NCBI GenBank assembly: GCA_964036045.1
Contig: OZ038378.1
Span: forward strand, 7,068,001-7,132,000
Source: Eutreptiella sp. 'Long Island Sound 2002'
Taxonomy: Eukaryota; Protista; Euglenida
Length of the DNA stretch: 64,000 bases
Direction: 5' to 3'
Position 1 is the first letter of the stretch. Every line of letters starts with the position of its first letter. This document shows, piece by piece, positions 28,301 to 43,300 of this stretch. Below the pieces are notes generated by a model. The model was not told where the DNA came from, made no database searches, and was given only the letters and a program-made list of their open reading frames with translations. The translations under genes were made by a program, and so were the position numbers.

Positions 28301-31300
28301 CCAATATCATGCCTTGGGGTATGCTACGCGAATGACCCCCAAAAAAGGGGGGTATACGACGTACGTTTTTGCGCTTGATCTAACCACCTCTCTTCGGGGT
28401 GATTTTCAGCCGACACATGCCGGCCCAAAAACGGCTGAAAACGTCCTTAGTGGCAAGGCCCGGGGGAGGGGGGGGGGGGGGGGGCAGGGGTACCAAGAGT
28501 TTGGGACCCTGGACCCGCCATTGATGAGGGGGTCCATGTGCAAGAAAAAAAATCTTCAGGACCTGGGTCTAAATCCACACATGGCGGCCACAGTACACAA
28601 AGAAATTCTATTGCCTTCGGCAGTGCACCTCGAAGAGAGGTTGACAGTCAGCCAATCAGTCCCCGAGCCAGCAAGCAGGCAGTCAGACAGATACACACAG
28701 TTTGGGTTTTTTGTCAGTGGCAGATGCGGCACCAAGCAGCAGGGAGGCCTTTCGTCGTAATATAAGTAGCGGCCGAGTGGAAACACAGCCGACCGGCATC
28801 TGTGTGGTCGGCGGTTCGAATCCCAGTCTGCCCACTTTGGCGCCGCCGCCGGCAACAGCGCTAAAAGGCAGCAGATATGGATTCGAACCGACGCCTGCAC
28901 ATCTGGCATCGGCTGCGTTACCATTGGACCGCCGGCCGTGTTACCAGCACCGTGCGTCCCCACTGCTTGTAGCCTATTAAGCAAAAACTTTTGACCCCCC
29001 CACCCAACCCCCCCCTCAAAAAAGTGATATCCAGTTTTAGGGGGTAGAGGCCTCAAAATCAAAAAATCCATTGGGGGATGCTCTTATTGGGCAAAATAAT
29101 GATTTTACAAGGGGTTGGACATCCAATATCATGCCTTGGGGTATGCTACGCGAATGACCCCAAAAAAGGGGGGTATATGACGCCCGCGCCTGCGCTTGAT
29201 CTAACAACCTCTCTTCGAGGTGATTTTGACCCCATGCCCACCCCCGCCTCAAAAATGGTGATTTCGCAAATGAGATGTACAAGCTGTTGTCAGATGACCC
29301 CTTCAGGGAGAAAGCACCTACAGCATTTGGGGGCTATGTTAGTTTAGGTATAGCACTTTTTTGGGGGGGAGGGTTTGGCACAAGGCCTCGGTATCTGATT
29401 GTTTGCTTTTTTTTTGTTTTTTTTTGGGGGGGGGGTCTTGATCAGCACCTTCAAAAAAATAGATTTTTATGCCGGTATGCCTGGCCTCCCAACTATGGAC
29501 AGGAGGGGGACCTTGTTGTTGTCGTTTGGGGGGGGGGGGGGCGCGAAAAAATGACCCCCCTCTTTTTCAACCTGGAAATCTTCAACCTTTCGACCCTTCG
29601 ACTTTTTCGACCTGGTGTGATTTTTAGCAATGAGGTGATTTTGGCAATGAGGGCTGGAAAATCAACGTTTCATGGGTGCTTCTCAGTTTACCCAGTTCAG
29701 GTGTGCATGTGGCAGTGTGCAATTCAATGGATGCATTCCCATTTCGCAGTGTGGAGTCAAAAAATATCCACATTGGTAGCTATCAGTGTACAAAAACTTG
29801 CTGGTCGTTTTCATGTGACAGGCTTCTTGATGCGGGGATGACATTGGAGAAACACACAATTCACCTCATGCACTTCTGGGCACAACCAACCAATACCTCT
29901 ACACTGCTAATCAAAGCCCTGCTTGCAGATGTCCAATTCCCCAACAGCAGCAAGAGAGACAATGCACCTCTCATGCAGTCTGCCTTCACAGCTTTGGCTT
30001 TTTGACGACCCCTTCGACCACGTTCGAAAGCTTGTATCTTTGTGGCTGCAATACCCTCTCTGTTCTGCTGCAGCCTGGTGTTGAAATTCTGGCGCACCTT
30101 TCTCCTGCGCTGCATGGCTTGAATTCTGGTAGCCGCTGCTTCCTGATCTGTCCCATGGAAAAAGGGCAGTTGCACTGGTTGAGCAATCAGGGCAAAGAAA
30201 CCGGACCAATACGCACTGCTGGGTGTTGGCAGAAGCAGCACAACATGCCTCATCGTAAACTCATCATGCTTGGTTTTCAAGACTACAGAATTAGCAAAAA
30301 CCACGGAGACTATTCGTGCCTTCAGGCAACATGATAAAGTACTCACATGCAAACCAAGGTTGCTTATTCTATCATACTAAACGGCTGCTCACCCATCCCG
30401 TTGGGGTGAACTATGCACAAAGATTCCCTGCAACAGCCCAAACAAAGGGGTACCCCAAAATGGGGGGAGTGGGGTGTGGAGGGTCATGGGCCTGAAGCAG
30501 GGTTTTTGTCACCTCAAACAGCTTTGTCTAAACTCGAGTAGGTGATGGTAGTCGTTAACTTTTTCTTTTCATTTTTTTGGGCCCATTTTCTAATGGGGCC
30601 AGCACCATTAAAATTGGAAATGGTGCCCCACCGCCAAACAGGTGTGGCGGGGAAAAATGCACAGAGGGTGGGAACAGCACGCACAGCACTACCGCGACAC
30701 CTGTGCACAGTGCACCCCAGTATCCCCCGTCCTGCAATACAAACAATATTGTGGGCACAACTGTTGAAGAGCACATGATGCGAACACAACACAATTTACC
30801 TGACTTGCCTTGCATTTTGTCCTCTGATTGCTGTGGAAGAATGAGATGCAAAACCATACAAAGCACAACAGAATGGTTACATGCAGCACATTGCGCCAAA
30901 CTAGACATTCCAGGCTGATCAGAAAGTCAGTACACACAAGCAGAATGGCACACCTTCACAGCCACCAGCATATCCAAAGCATGGTCGTCCTCAACCCTTC
31001 CTCGCAACAAGGTGCGCATCATAAGCACATTGGACATGGAAAGCGCCTGGGGAGAGCAAAAGATACAATGCAACCTGAAAGAAAACACCATACATGCACA
31101 TCCAGATGTGTAGGTGAGTTGGCACAAATGAGCAAACACAGAAGCCGCGAACATTGGGGTCAAAGGTGGCTTTGGCTGTTGCAGATTTGAACAGCTCCAA
31201 AAATTGTTCAACAGAATCTTAGGTGCCTTACAGCTGACAATCGGGCAATCTGTTTGTTCCAAGATGCTGGGGGAGCAGCCTCTTGCCACTGGCTGCAGTG

Positions 31301-34300
31301 ATGCAAGTTTGGCAGCTCGGGAGGCGCAAATTCTTTTCAATTTGGGAGGAGGATGGGGGAATTTGTTGTTGCTCCTCCCTTCCAAAAGGACTAGTGTGAT
31401 AGCCTCAATTTCCATCACATGGGGGTGGCCAGGGGGGTTGGGGGATACAAATCTCTCAAGAATTCCTTGACATCACTTGCAGAGGCAATCACAACATGCA
31501 GATGTGAATGAACCAGCATGATGGCACAGTATTGCACTGAAGGTAGGAACACTGGGAAAAGCGCACCGTGTCTTCAGGGAGCGACTGCTCCGCAATGAGG
31601 GCAGTGGCAATGAAATCGTCTGGGTCATTTCCATAGATTGCAGGACCTTGTATCGATTGGTGCCCCAGCTTTGCATCCTGCATTCAACAACAAACAAACA
31701 TCTCAAAACTGCCTTTGTTTTGCAAACTTGCTTTTACTCTTGAGCACATTGATCCCCACAACTCCAAGAAGTGAACAGACGAAGGTGATTTGTCTAAACA
31801 GGCAAATTTCTGAAGAAATAATCCATGGCTACTGAAAGTGGACCTTGCGTAACATTAGCAGTATTATGTGTGCAGCAGGCCTTTGCCATACTGTATGAGG
31901 CAGAGTACTGATTCATCAAAATTGAACAATGTGAAACCAAAATACCAAAATACGGGGGCATGTTCTTCGCTAGTGTTCTTTGCAACAATCTCAGTGTCTC
32001 AGAAACGTTGTGCAAAACATACTCTCAGGTCAGTAAGCGACGGCTTTCTCTCATTCACCTCTGGTTCCACTGGTAGCAAAGGCCCCTGTAGATGCACGTG
32101 GTGGAAATGTGACATGGGCTTAAACACAGAGCATGCAACACGGTGCTCAAAGGCAGCATGTAAAGCATACTTCTGAATCAAGAACTGTGGGCTTGTTCTC
32201 TCTCATGGCTGGTTCCTTGGGTGATGGCACCTGCACATAGTAGAATAACAAACATGGGCACAAGGACCAAAGAAATGAAAAAAAGGGAAAGGGGCATCAC
32301 ACAGCCTGGGGAAAGGGCTTGCAAGCCCGATGTAGAGCGACAGTGCACAGAAAAGAAAATATGCAAAACATACATCTGCATCAGCAAGTGAGGGCCTTCT
32401 CTCATTCACCACTGGTTTCTCCACTGGCAAAGATGTCTGTGGATGCAAGTGGTGGAAGCAGAATGGGTTCGAGTGAGTGTGAATCAGCTTGGAAATGCAG
32501 GGTGTCAGCAGAAGGGATCACAGTATGCCTCAAACAGCGACAGTTGTCCACAAGTTTAAACACTATGCATGTGCTTGAAGCATTAGCAGTTGTAAGGTTT
32601 GTCAGGCTGCTGAAATGCCGCCTTGATATCTGGTCCTACGAACAATAACAACAAACCAAAGCAAAGCTTGCATGCAGCGTTCCAGTTCCCATCAAGGAAT
32701 AAGAGGAATATCGATGAATGCAGTAGAAAGCAAAAAAAAAGCAAGATCATTACGGGATTATCACATCACACATCACACAGGAACGCAACAATAGCAGGGA
32801 AACATACCAACACATCAGTCTCATCCTCCTTCTCCTTCCTCTGCTCCTGCCCAACGACACGGCCACCATTGTCCTGGTCAGGCATCTGACCACTGTCTTG
32901 GCCAGGGCCAGTCACAACATCATCTGCACTTCTATGGCTGTGCTTGGTCTGTTTCCGATGAGGGCTGCTTGCAGGGCTGCCGAGCTCTCGTCTCTCTTCT
33001 TCTTTGTTGCGCCTTGCAGCTCCTTTGTCCCTGCAACATCAAGAAAATAATAAAACCGATCACAAGATCATTGCAAAGAGCCAAATGATAGGCCCTCACA
33101 CAATCAGTCCTGCTTCTCTGGTGACATTCAGGCATAGAAATAAAATTCAACCAACTCATGTCCAAAAAAAGCAGAAATGTACTTGACAAAACGTATGAGC
33201 ACACACCAATCATAACACTGCACATTTGTGCTCCAGAGTGCCAATGGTCAGTACCTCAGTGGTGGATGGATCCCTGGGATGGCTCCCCAGTGACACCAAA
33301 CCAGCAGTGGGGAGGACCCAAGAAGGCACTGTGGATGTGCACTATGCGTGATGACTGACCTTGGAATCCTTGGAGATCCCATTAGACATAAACATTCATG
33401 CCACAATGAAGGATGGCGCATTTCTTCTGTAGGCAGGTGCTCAGACCCATTGGGCGGTGCTCCTCTTCTTCCTGTAGTGCTCGAGGTATCAACCTCCACC
33501 ATTAACTATTTTTGTTGCATTGTGAGTGCCACTGATATGAAAAAAGGTAACAAGAAAAACAGGACGCCCCTTCTGCATTTCGACAGCATTCCTTGTCTTC
33601 CAGTCCCATTCTGTCACAGTGGGATACCTAAAACTGGAGAATGCGGGTGAGTAGAGCGGACATCAACATTGCTCACATCCGCTTCCAACTCTCCTGCAAA
33701 ATGTTGCAGACTGTCACTGTTTGTCAAAAAATAACTGTATCCCCCAAGCATGCTGGACAGAAGTCGGTGCCTCATCTTCGATCATGTAGAGCTTGGGGTT
33801 CACACAGCGTGTCACAGAGAGAGACAGGAGGAGTGCCTCCCGCTGCAGCATTGTCAAATGCCCACGCCACCAGGCTGGTCTGGCTTTGGTGTCATCCTGT
33901 TGACTGCCATCACTGTTGCAGTGACCTAACACCCCAGTACCCTGCAGCGAAACCTAGAATGGCACCCGTAGGGGGAATCCTGGCACTGCACGTGCACTGC
34001 GCGCTAGATCCCCTCAGAAGAACTCCCAAGCATGTCCCTTCCAAACGCCCTCAAAATTGGGCGACCCCCTACTACCCTAGCCTTCTTGGGAGTGCAAAAT
34101 AGCCAATGGGTATAAAAATTGCAATCCGGCATGGAAAATCTTTCTTTCATTTTTTTTCACTGAAAAATGTTGCATCCAAAATTGATGGTTTTTACTCTAC
34201 TAAAACTTGCGTGTGTTGGAATGCCTTGCACCTTACCATTGTGTAGCAACACAATATCACACAATCATGTTAGACATCTGACATCAACATCACACGTAAG

Positions 34301-37300
34301 ATGTCAAACATGCCACACACTCTTCTCTTCAGAATCCCTGTTTGATGATCAGTGAAGGGACCAACAGAATATGTGTCAATATGGCTACATAACCCCTGCC
34401 TTCTCGGCGTCCCCATGGTGGGGAGAAATCAACCTAGAAAGGAGGGGATGTGGTGGAAATGAGCACGAAGTGTGTGAAAAGAGGTGGAAATGGGTGCAAC
34501 TGGGTGAAAATGCCCTATCCCCAATGTGGAAGAAGCATCAAAACCTGCTTTCAAACAACAATGATGCCCAGAGTGTCACAAAGTATGGGTTTTTAATACA
34601 GCCACACGCCGAAATAGTCGCACTGTGCGCGCACTGCGCTTCAGCCCCCCCCCCCCACCCCTTCCACAACAGTGCCCAAACTGCATGCACCACTGTTCCT
34701 GTCTCCAATGCAAAATTGATGTGCATCTGCAAGAGCTCAGTGGCACATACCGCTCCATTTCTGCTTGCTTTCGCAATTGTCGTAGAGTAGGCTGTGGATT
34801 TGATAAACTGGCCATCAACTCACGCTGACAGGGAAAAAAACATGCCATAGGAACTAACAAAGCTCAGAAAGAGTATGCCATATGTAATGAGGAGTGGTCT
34901 GTGTCAAAGATGTTCAGCTTAATGACGCCTCCTTGAGTGTGGAGGGTCTTGCCGAAAGCAGCAGAGTTTCAGCCAGCTTTGGATTTTCTTGCTTTGTACG
35001 CATCCACTTTTGGGAGTTACATCCTTCTGGCCATTCTTGAAAAGCTGGACTGAAATTTTGCCAGCTTCCAAATTTTCAACTTTATTGGGGTGATATCCTG
35101 CTATTGAAACTCCACTAAATTTTTTGCCAACTCGAAAAATTTCTTTACATTCACAATACTATTTTGAAGTGCTGAAGTAGTTGCTATAATGGTGAATTTT
35201 GTGGGAACTCAAGAGCTTTTCTAAAATTTCTGAGGCCATCTTTTCCAGGAAAAGCACACGTTAAATTCCCTTTGCCCCCACCATTTTCCTGAAGCCAAAA
35301 AGGGTGCACAACATGCAATGGGAGGTGTGCAACAAGCTTTACAAAGGTTTTTTTGATTATTTTTGGTTGTCAAGGGATCAAGAAAATTTGATTGTGGGAA
35401 ACACCATTTTTACCACCCGGAAGGCTAGGAGGAACATTGGGGTTTGAGCCTGCATTTTCATTTTCATGATGTGAAACAACCAATCCTCTGAATTACGGGT
35501 TTGTTTGATGGCTGACCATTAAGAATGGCCAAAATGGACGAACGACGTGCAATACTTGTTTTGCACACTGGCACTTGCATGGCACATGGCACTCGTCCAT
35601 TCAGCATGCCCTTGGCCAAAAGCTCAAATCTGCTTGGGATAACAGTGACGGGGCACAAAACAGGCTTTTCAACGGGTGTCATAGTATCAAGGGCTGTCAC
35701 AGTATCAAACTAATCCATCTCACAGTGTTTGACAATTCAGCCCTGGGTACAGAAAGCTGCACTGGTTGCAGTTTCCGTTATTTGGATACTATCAAACGAG
35801 CCACGAGTGAGGGTGATAGGCTGCAAAACACATCCATTTACTACCATGGCCAAACTGTCACAATTTCATCAATATCATCCAACCCCTTGGGGGGAATGTT
35901 AGGGGTGACACACAGAGACAACCAAAATCATTCCAATGATTTTGGCCATGATTTTCTCAAGGGGAAAAAAAAGCAAATGGTGAATGTGTGCTTTTTAAAA
36001 GGGCCAGAGCTGTGCCTGGCCCCGGGCGGTCCGAGGATCATCAAAAGTCACCCATGTGCACCTGAAAACAGCAAAGCACTCCCCATTGGGGCCCAGGGAG
36101 CAATCAAGGGTACCCCGAGAGGAGGGTGTTGAAATCTTGGGGTTGCTTCGGGATCCAGTCTAAAGCCAAGAATTGAATGGGGCACACGCCTGGATCACCG
36201 CAAAATAACAAAATAGGCCAACCAACCTTTGCCAACCATGGTGCAAATGGTCAATGGGCACCACTCAATGGGCTTGAATGGTGCACAAAGGATCCCCATG
36301 GGTTTGCATGTGCTCGCAAATGTCAAATGATGAGTCAAGCCTGGCCTAATGCCCAGGCCAGAAAAACTTGCAAAATAACGAACATTTAACCTTAGGCTAT
36401 GCTCTATGAATCTCCCTCAGTTGGGGTAAATGTTGCACCTCCTGCCTTTACTTTAATTTCCCAGACAAACAGGGGTGAGGCAGTCTATGTACATTTCAAA
36501 CGGGAATCCAGAAGAAAGCATGGGTGGAGTTGTACTTCAGGGGTACTGTGTGTGCTGACTCGCATCTAGCATATCATGAATGTGCGTGGCCTGTCCTAGA
36601 AATAGGGGGAAGCCCCGAGGGCGTTTTTGTCAGGGGCTGGGGGTGGCAACAGTAGCCCACAAAAAACATGGACCTCTGAATCTGAGCCATCTCATTGCTC
36701 GGGCTGGAGGGGGGGAGGGGTGACACACAGCATGTGCTTGCTTGCTGTGTGTTGCAGGCACTCAAACCTGCAGGGATGAGCTGGATGCATCTGTGACCCA
36801 TGCAAGGCCAGGGAGCCTTTGCCACCACAGTACTGACAGCAGCAGGGTGCAACCTGTTTCCTCACAAACGAACTTTTGCGCCGAATCTCTGGGCTCTTGG
36901 CAGAAGCAGCAATAACGTTGGTCTTTGTCATATACTCTGAGATGACATGATCTAGCAATTTGTCATACGCCAGCACTTCTTCCTGTGAAGCAGCTGCACT
37001 TGCTGTCAAGGCTGCCTAGAAAACAACACAATCATTTGATGCATTTTGCAAACACATGGGTTACTACATCTCTTCTCTAGTATTTGCAACCGACTTTTGC
37101 AGTTGGCCCATGGAGACAACAATCGCTTCCACGCAATGGTGTGCCGTGGTATTGTTGGAACTACTTTCCCCAAGCACGTCTCGAACGTCCATTTCGTGCA
37201 TCAACTCTAGGCAATTTTCAAGCACCAATCCCAGCCCAGACGACCCAGCAATCTCGCATGCAACTTTGCAAGCACCCCCGCCCATCAAAATTTCCAAGCA

Positions 37301-40300
37301 CTTTTCCCAACCTCCCCGCCCACCCCCTTTTCCAAGCACCAATCCCAGCCCAGCCCACCTCGCAACCTCGCATGCAACCTTGCAAACACTTTCCCAAAGC
37401 ACCCCGCCCATCAAAATTTCCAAGCACTTTTTCCAAACGGCGGACGCCTCCAGTTTTCCAAGCGGTGCGCCAAACCAAATATCTGAGAACTTTTTTTCGG
37501 CCCATGCGACTTTCCGGCCCTCGCTTGGCATTGCACCTTGCGATTTACAACCGACACTCAAAAAAGTTCTCATGTATTGTCAAGGTACAAAAATATTTCA
37601 TGCTGAGGGGATTTGCAAAATGTGAAGCAGATCAGGAAGCATGGCAATCGCATGGGAATTTCCAGCCCAACCAGCTTTTCCACCCCTCCTCATCTTCAAT
37701 GCCAGCAGCTGCCCTTCGCTATGGAGAGAGCTGATAAATCATTCTGTCCTGGTTCCACAAATCGCGTAACACCGAGCCAACCATCTGACTCTTGTTTGTA
37801 ACCTTCTGACCCCCTACCATTAACCTGCAGGAGGTTGGTGAACAAGCTCATTGAGGTGTAGGCTGCATGTCCCATGCCTTCTGCCAGCACTGCTCCTTGG
37901 GCATAGACTGAACGATCTGTCAATACTATGACCACCTCATTATCAGGTTGAGGTGGCCCTTGCAGTCTGACGGTGGAGTCAAGGGGGGGGAGGGTGTTGC
38001 CTGAGCAGGGGGCAAGGGAGGGGGGAAACCCCCCCGCCGCCCCTTGGATGTCAAGAAACTGCAAAATTGCAGAGTACACTGAACGACGTGATACAACTAC
38101 TTCTGGGTGTGTGCCTGTGAAGAGAGAGCAAAATGACACTGCCGAATGTATACACAAACACGTGCGTGCATGCCTGTACACGCAGTTATGTGATAGGCAA
38201 GACCAATTGAGCTGCGGCACTGGTGAAGCGGGGCAGTGTTCCTTCCAGGAGGGTAGGCGCTCGTACAGCAGCAAATCCTAGCAAATTCCTGGTAAATTCC
38301 AACTGAAATGGCGGAGCCCCCCAGTATATCAAAGACACCAGAGAGAGAGGGTGGGACCTTTTCCTTATCAAATTGATACTTCTCGTGCAACAGGCTGTGC
38401 AAGATATTCGTTGGAGTAGCTCCTTCAAGAAGGTCTCCCAACGTTTCAGGGTTCAATGCTCGACTTTTCTTGTGTGTGCTCCTGGGTTTCTGCCGTGCAG
38501 CAGCCTCCTCATGCTGGAGGTGCAGCATCTGATGCAGTTGGCGAGCAGCTCGTTTAGACTCATCCTGTGGTGCAGAAATACAGAGGAGCAACAGGCGAAC
38601 CAGAGGGGGGGAAATTTGGTATGTCCGAAATTTGGAATGGAGAAATTTGGTGCAGGAAAAATCCTTAATACCTGGAAAATGTGGTACAAAATTCCCAGAT
38701 TGTGGTACAACAAGCATATAAAGTGAATAGTGGCTGTTATTTCCTATGAGCCTTTGGATGGTTGCTTTTATTTCTTGGAGGCTTCTGCATGGTTGTTGTA
38801 TTTCCTGGTGGTTTATGGAGCGCTGCTACTATTTTATGGTGGCTGCTGGATGGTTGCTGTACTGCGACTCCCATCGCCCAAGAAACCCCAGCATGAGCTC
38901 CAGGCAATAACAAGACATAGGGCACTGGCTGAAGCAAAGCGATCAAACATTTCAAAATGGCAACATAGATCACGCCCCTGGCACTGTACAGGACAAAATG
39001 TGGCGCTCCATTCCCTTGGAGACATGGACTAACCAACTGCTCATCTCATACTGCGACAAGATGCAGGCCACAGCAAAACCCTGGTAACCCCTGCCCCCTG
39101 CACCCCCTTCGAGCAAAATGTGGCGTACCCAAGGAACGCAGTGGCTCCAACTAGCCTTCCAAATGACCCTGTAGAGCAAACTGCGCAGATGTAGCATCCA
39201 TTAGCACCTGCAACTGCGACAGTCCACTACTGTCAGTATCAGCGCAGACAGAGGTCCCACGTGCGATAGCCAAATGGTATGCAAACCTGCACACCTTTAC
39301 TTTCCTTCTGCTCTCGGTGCCAGCACGACTCTGCTCTCGGGGTCCCGGCTTCGTTTCATAATACATATCATAATCCGGTGCCTTGTCTGGTTTTTGTGGC
39401 CTTGTTTCCCGCTTCCAAATTGGAACGTGGCTGCCATGCAACATGGATAAGCAAGCATGATGTTGCACTTTGTGTTCATTCGTTCATGTGTGAAGCCAAG
39501 TGTTAACAGCTATGTGCCACGGTGCATACCAGAACCCTGCATTCCCCCCATGGCTGGTTCTGCAATGTGCACTCTGGCTGTTTTTGGGCAGTGATTGGGG
39601 GCTGATAGGTTCGACCCCATAAGCGTGGGTGGAACCTCTGGCAGGCTCCCACATCAGAAATGGTGTCTACAGTCAGCAAACTGCATTTACTCGCAGGCAG
39701 TGCCGACAGACTCCAAAAAGGGACATTTCAGCATCATTGTTGTTGGAAAAATATGCAATAAGCACCTCCAATTGCAAGCTGCAGCATGCCTGACATAAAT
39801 GAAAGCAACTTCTGATACCCTCCAACTGCTAGTGAAAAGAGGGTAGGAATCACACCTGGAATTGTCAGTTACTGTCTTTTCAACTCCTGTTGGGGCCAAC
39901 AGGGCTCGCTTTATTGGAGATTTGAATTTCTGCCTCTTGAATTCAACTGCATCCCAAGGTTCAGGTTGATCAGTGTTGATCATTGTAGATGGACTCGTCT
40001 GTCCTGGATCCTGCAGAAAGCAGATGCCCCATCTGTGCTTACACTTCACATTCATGATGAGCAATGATGAGCAATACCAAATGCCACAACAATTTCTGAT
40101 CTTCTGAAATTGATTGTTGGACCAGCAGAGCATCGGTGATGCGGAAATACTGTTTAATGGAGTAGACACTACAATATCATCATGCGTTGATTTTAAGATT
40201 GTGTAGAGGAACCCCCCATGCAAACCAATACAGCATGTGGGCTGCTTGCTGTGGCAACTGCTGAAATGGCAAAAATTCTGCACAAACCATCGAAACCAAC

Positions 40301-43300
40301 CAAATCACATCAAAGTGTTTGATAGACATTTGGCTCCCTTGACATGGAACATCTGCATCTGGTTTATGGGAGTGAGCATAAAACTAAGTAAATTGTGGTA
40401 AATTTGAGTAAAACCCCATGGAACATTTGGCAGCTTCATTGAAGAACATATCCACATTGAGATCACAATGGACTCATGCATTGCGACTTCAGCAAAGATG
40501 AAAATTGCAAGTGTCACGATCAAATATGTTATCATAGACACGCAATTGATAGCTTTGTCATCCTTCCATACAAATGATGTATTGTCATTCAGATGCACAA
40601 TGCACACTCCAGCAGACAATTTGTCAGCAAGAACCGAGTGTGTCCTGTGCAAACTGGTCCAGATGTTAGTTAAAATTTCTTTTGCCTTTGGCAACGCACC
40701 TCAAAGAGAGACTGATGGGCAGGATCGACGCACAAGGGGGGGTCAACCCCTCAGTTTGGGTGCTGCCCAACTAACTACAGTGGTCTCCATGAGATGTCGT
40801 CACCAAATGATCATCCAAACCAATCTCAGAAGCGATAGAAGAGTTTTGGAAAAGTCAAAATTTTCAAAAAAATCCTAAACAACCTCAAAAACAGCAATTT
40901 TGGGCATGGCCTGGGCTACATGGGGCTAGCGGCCACCATGTGGGTGCTGATGGGTGCTAGAGTACCCGTATGGTCACTAAATGATAACCCAAACCCATCG
41001 CAGGGGCGACAGGAGGGTTTCGGAAAAAATCAAAAAATGAAAATTTGCAGGTGCCAAACGGCCTAAACAACAGCCATTTTGAAAGGGACCATGGCCCAGG
41101 CTGCCAAAAAAATTGCACGTGCCCCTAAACACCCTAAACAATGGCCATTTTGAGAGGGACCATGGCCCAGGCTACAGGCTTCGGCAAGGCACCTCGAAGA
41201 GAGGCTGAAAGTCAGCCAATCAGTCAGTCGCCAAGCAAGCAGTCGGGCAGTCAGCCAGGCAGACAGGCAGGCAGAAACACACAGTTAAGCTTCTTTTAGT
41301 GGGGGGGGGGGGGGGCACAGCTACAAAAAAAGGGGAATCACATTTTCGGAAGAACAATCGGTGGTTGAATGGCAAACACTCAGACCGCGGTCACCATGTC
41401 GCCGGTTCGAATCCCCGCCGCTCCACGCCAGCACTCACCAGCCGGTTGCAGCTTTTTTTTTTACTCGACCTTGGTTCAAATCCTTCTAAGCACAAACTTT
41501 TCACCCCACCCCCACCCCCCACCCCCCACCCCACCCCTGCCAAAAGATGTCATCCAGTTTCAGGGGGATAGAGGCCTCAAAATCAAAAAATCCATTGGGG
41601 TATTGTTTTGTCACGCAAAATAATGATTTTACAAGGGATTGGACATCCAATATCATGCCTTGGGGTATGCTACGCGAATGACCCCCAAAAAAGGGGTTGT
41701 ATGGCATCCGCGCCTCCACTTGACCTAACAACCTGTCTTCGAGGTGATTTTGAAAATTTGCGAAGTTGAAGAGGCTCCACTAAACAACCTTACAGCAGCA
41801 ACTTTGGTGCTTTTGGGGGCCCCATGGCCTACGCTACATGGGCCTAGCGCGCACCACGTCGGTCCCCATGAGTGCTCAAGTACCCATATTATCACGAAAT
41901 GATCACCCAAACCCATCCCAGAGGCAAAACGGTTTGGAAAAGACCAAAATTCGCAAATTAAAAAATGTCACTAAACAGCCCATACAACATCCACCTCGCA
42001 GAGAATCTGCCCCGAGCAATGAACCCCCAAGAGGCTGATTCTCCAATCATCCATCCGGATCCATCAATATCATGGCTCCCCATGGCTTTCTCCGTACTCA
42101 TAGTGCCCCCCCCGCCCCACAAACCCCTCCCAAAAAAGTGGCACCCGGGTACAGCGCGTAGAGGGGTCAACATTGAAAAATTTATTGGGGGATCACTTTG
42201 TCTCCCAAAATGATGATTTTACAAAATGTGGGACATCTGATATCATCCACTGGGGTATGCTGTGCGAATGCCCCCAAAAATGGTGGTATCCAACATGAAC
42301 ACCTGTGCTTGATCCAACAACGTCTCTTCAAGGTCACTTGACTGACCCAGAGATTGACTGTTCACTGTAAATACTTGTAAATACGTAAGCACCAGGTAAT
42401 TCCCAGTAACCGAAATGGTGACTGAATAAGGGCTGGACTAACAACACAAGTACAAGCTGTTGTAGCACTGTGTGTCTATTTACGCATTTTGCTGGATATG
42501 AAGGCAAGGTATCAAAGAGGGCATTGCAGGTCATCTTATGTCTGCAGCTGTGTCACTTCTAGTAGGCGGAATTTGGAAACAGAGAAAACAAGAGTGGAAG
42601 TTGCAGCAGGCTTATGCTTGCACTCTCTGTCTCTATCAGTGGTGGTAGGTGATCTTCTTGCGCTTGTGCGGTGCACATCACCACTACCTTTGTTCATATG
42701 TGGACAGCAAGCGGGGAGAAAAAAAACATCTACCTTCCAATTGCTCCCCCTCCTTCACTGCGACGCAAAACAACAAATAAGGTTGAGTGAAACAGTGAGC
42801 AAGTGGTGTTGAAGCAAAACAGCTTTCAGAATATTTTGTTGGATGAGTCCTTTTTGATGTTTGTAATTGATCACAATATCACAAAAATCGCGTTTGAATT
42901 TTTCGGTGTTTCAGCCTTTGAGGGCTCCGTGTTTGATTTCCTGACATTGAAATTCTGCAATAGCCTAAGCTCTGCATGGACCTGTGATGGAAATGTGCAG
43001 AGGAAAAACTGCACTGCATCAAACTAGGTTTCACTGGGTTTAAACATGCCATAATTCTTGGCAGCACAACAGTGGCCAGCCATTTCCGTGGCTAAGCCAG
43101 GCTTTGTAAAAAGCTCTAAGAAACGGAAAAAACTGTAAAAAACAACAACTTGTAAACCACTGTGCAAAGGGCTTTTTGATCCATCGTGCCATCTACTTAA
43201 AAGTGTCATGATATTTGTCTTCGGTTTTTGTCCATACCTGTGAGGTTTTTCGATTGTCAATACACCAATTCAGCAAGAAACCACCATCCACAAACAATGC

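Noticed and set aside
39687-40694. BTB domain or membrane protein in ORFs 39687..40283 and 40305..40694
   Set aside because: Only 39856-40010 has convincing splice signals; the BTB-like resemblance was too weak to support.
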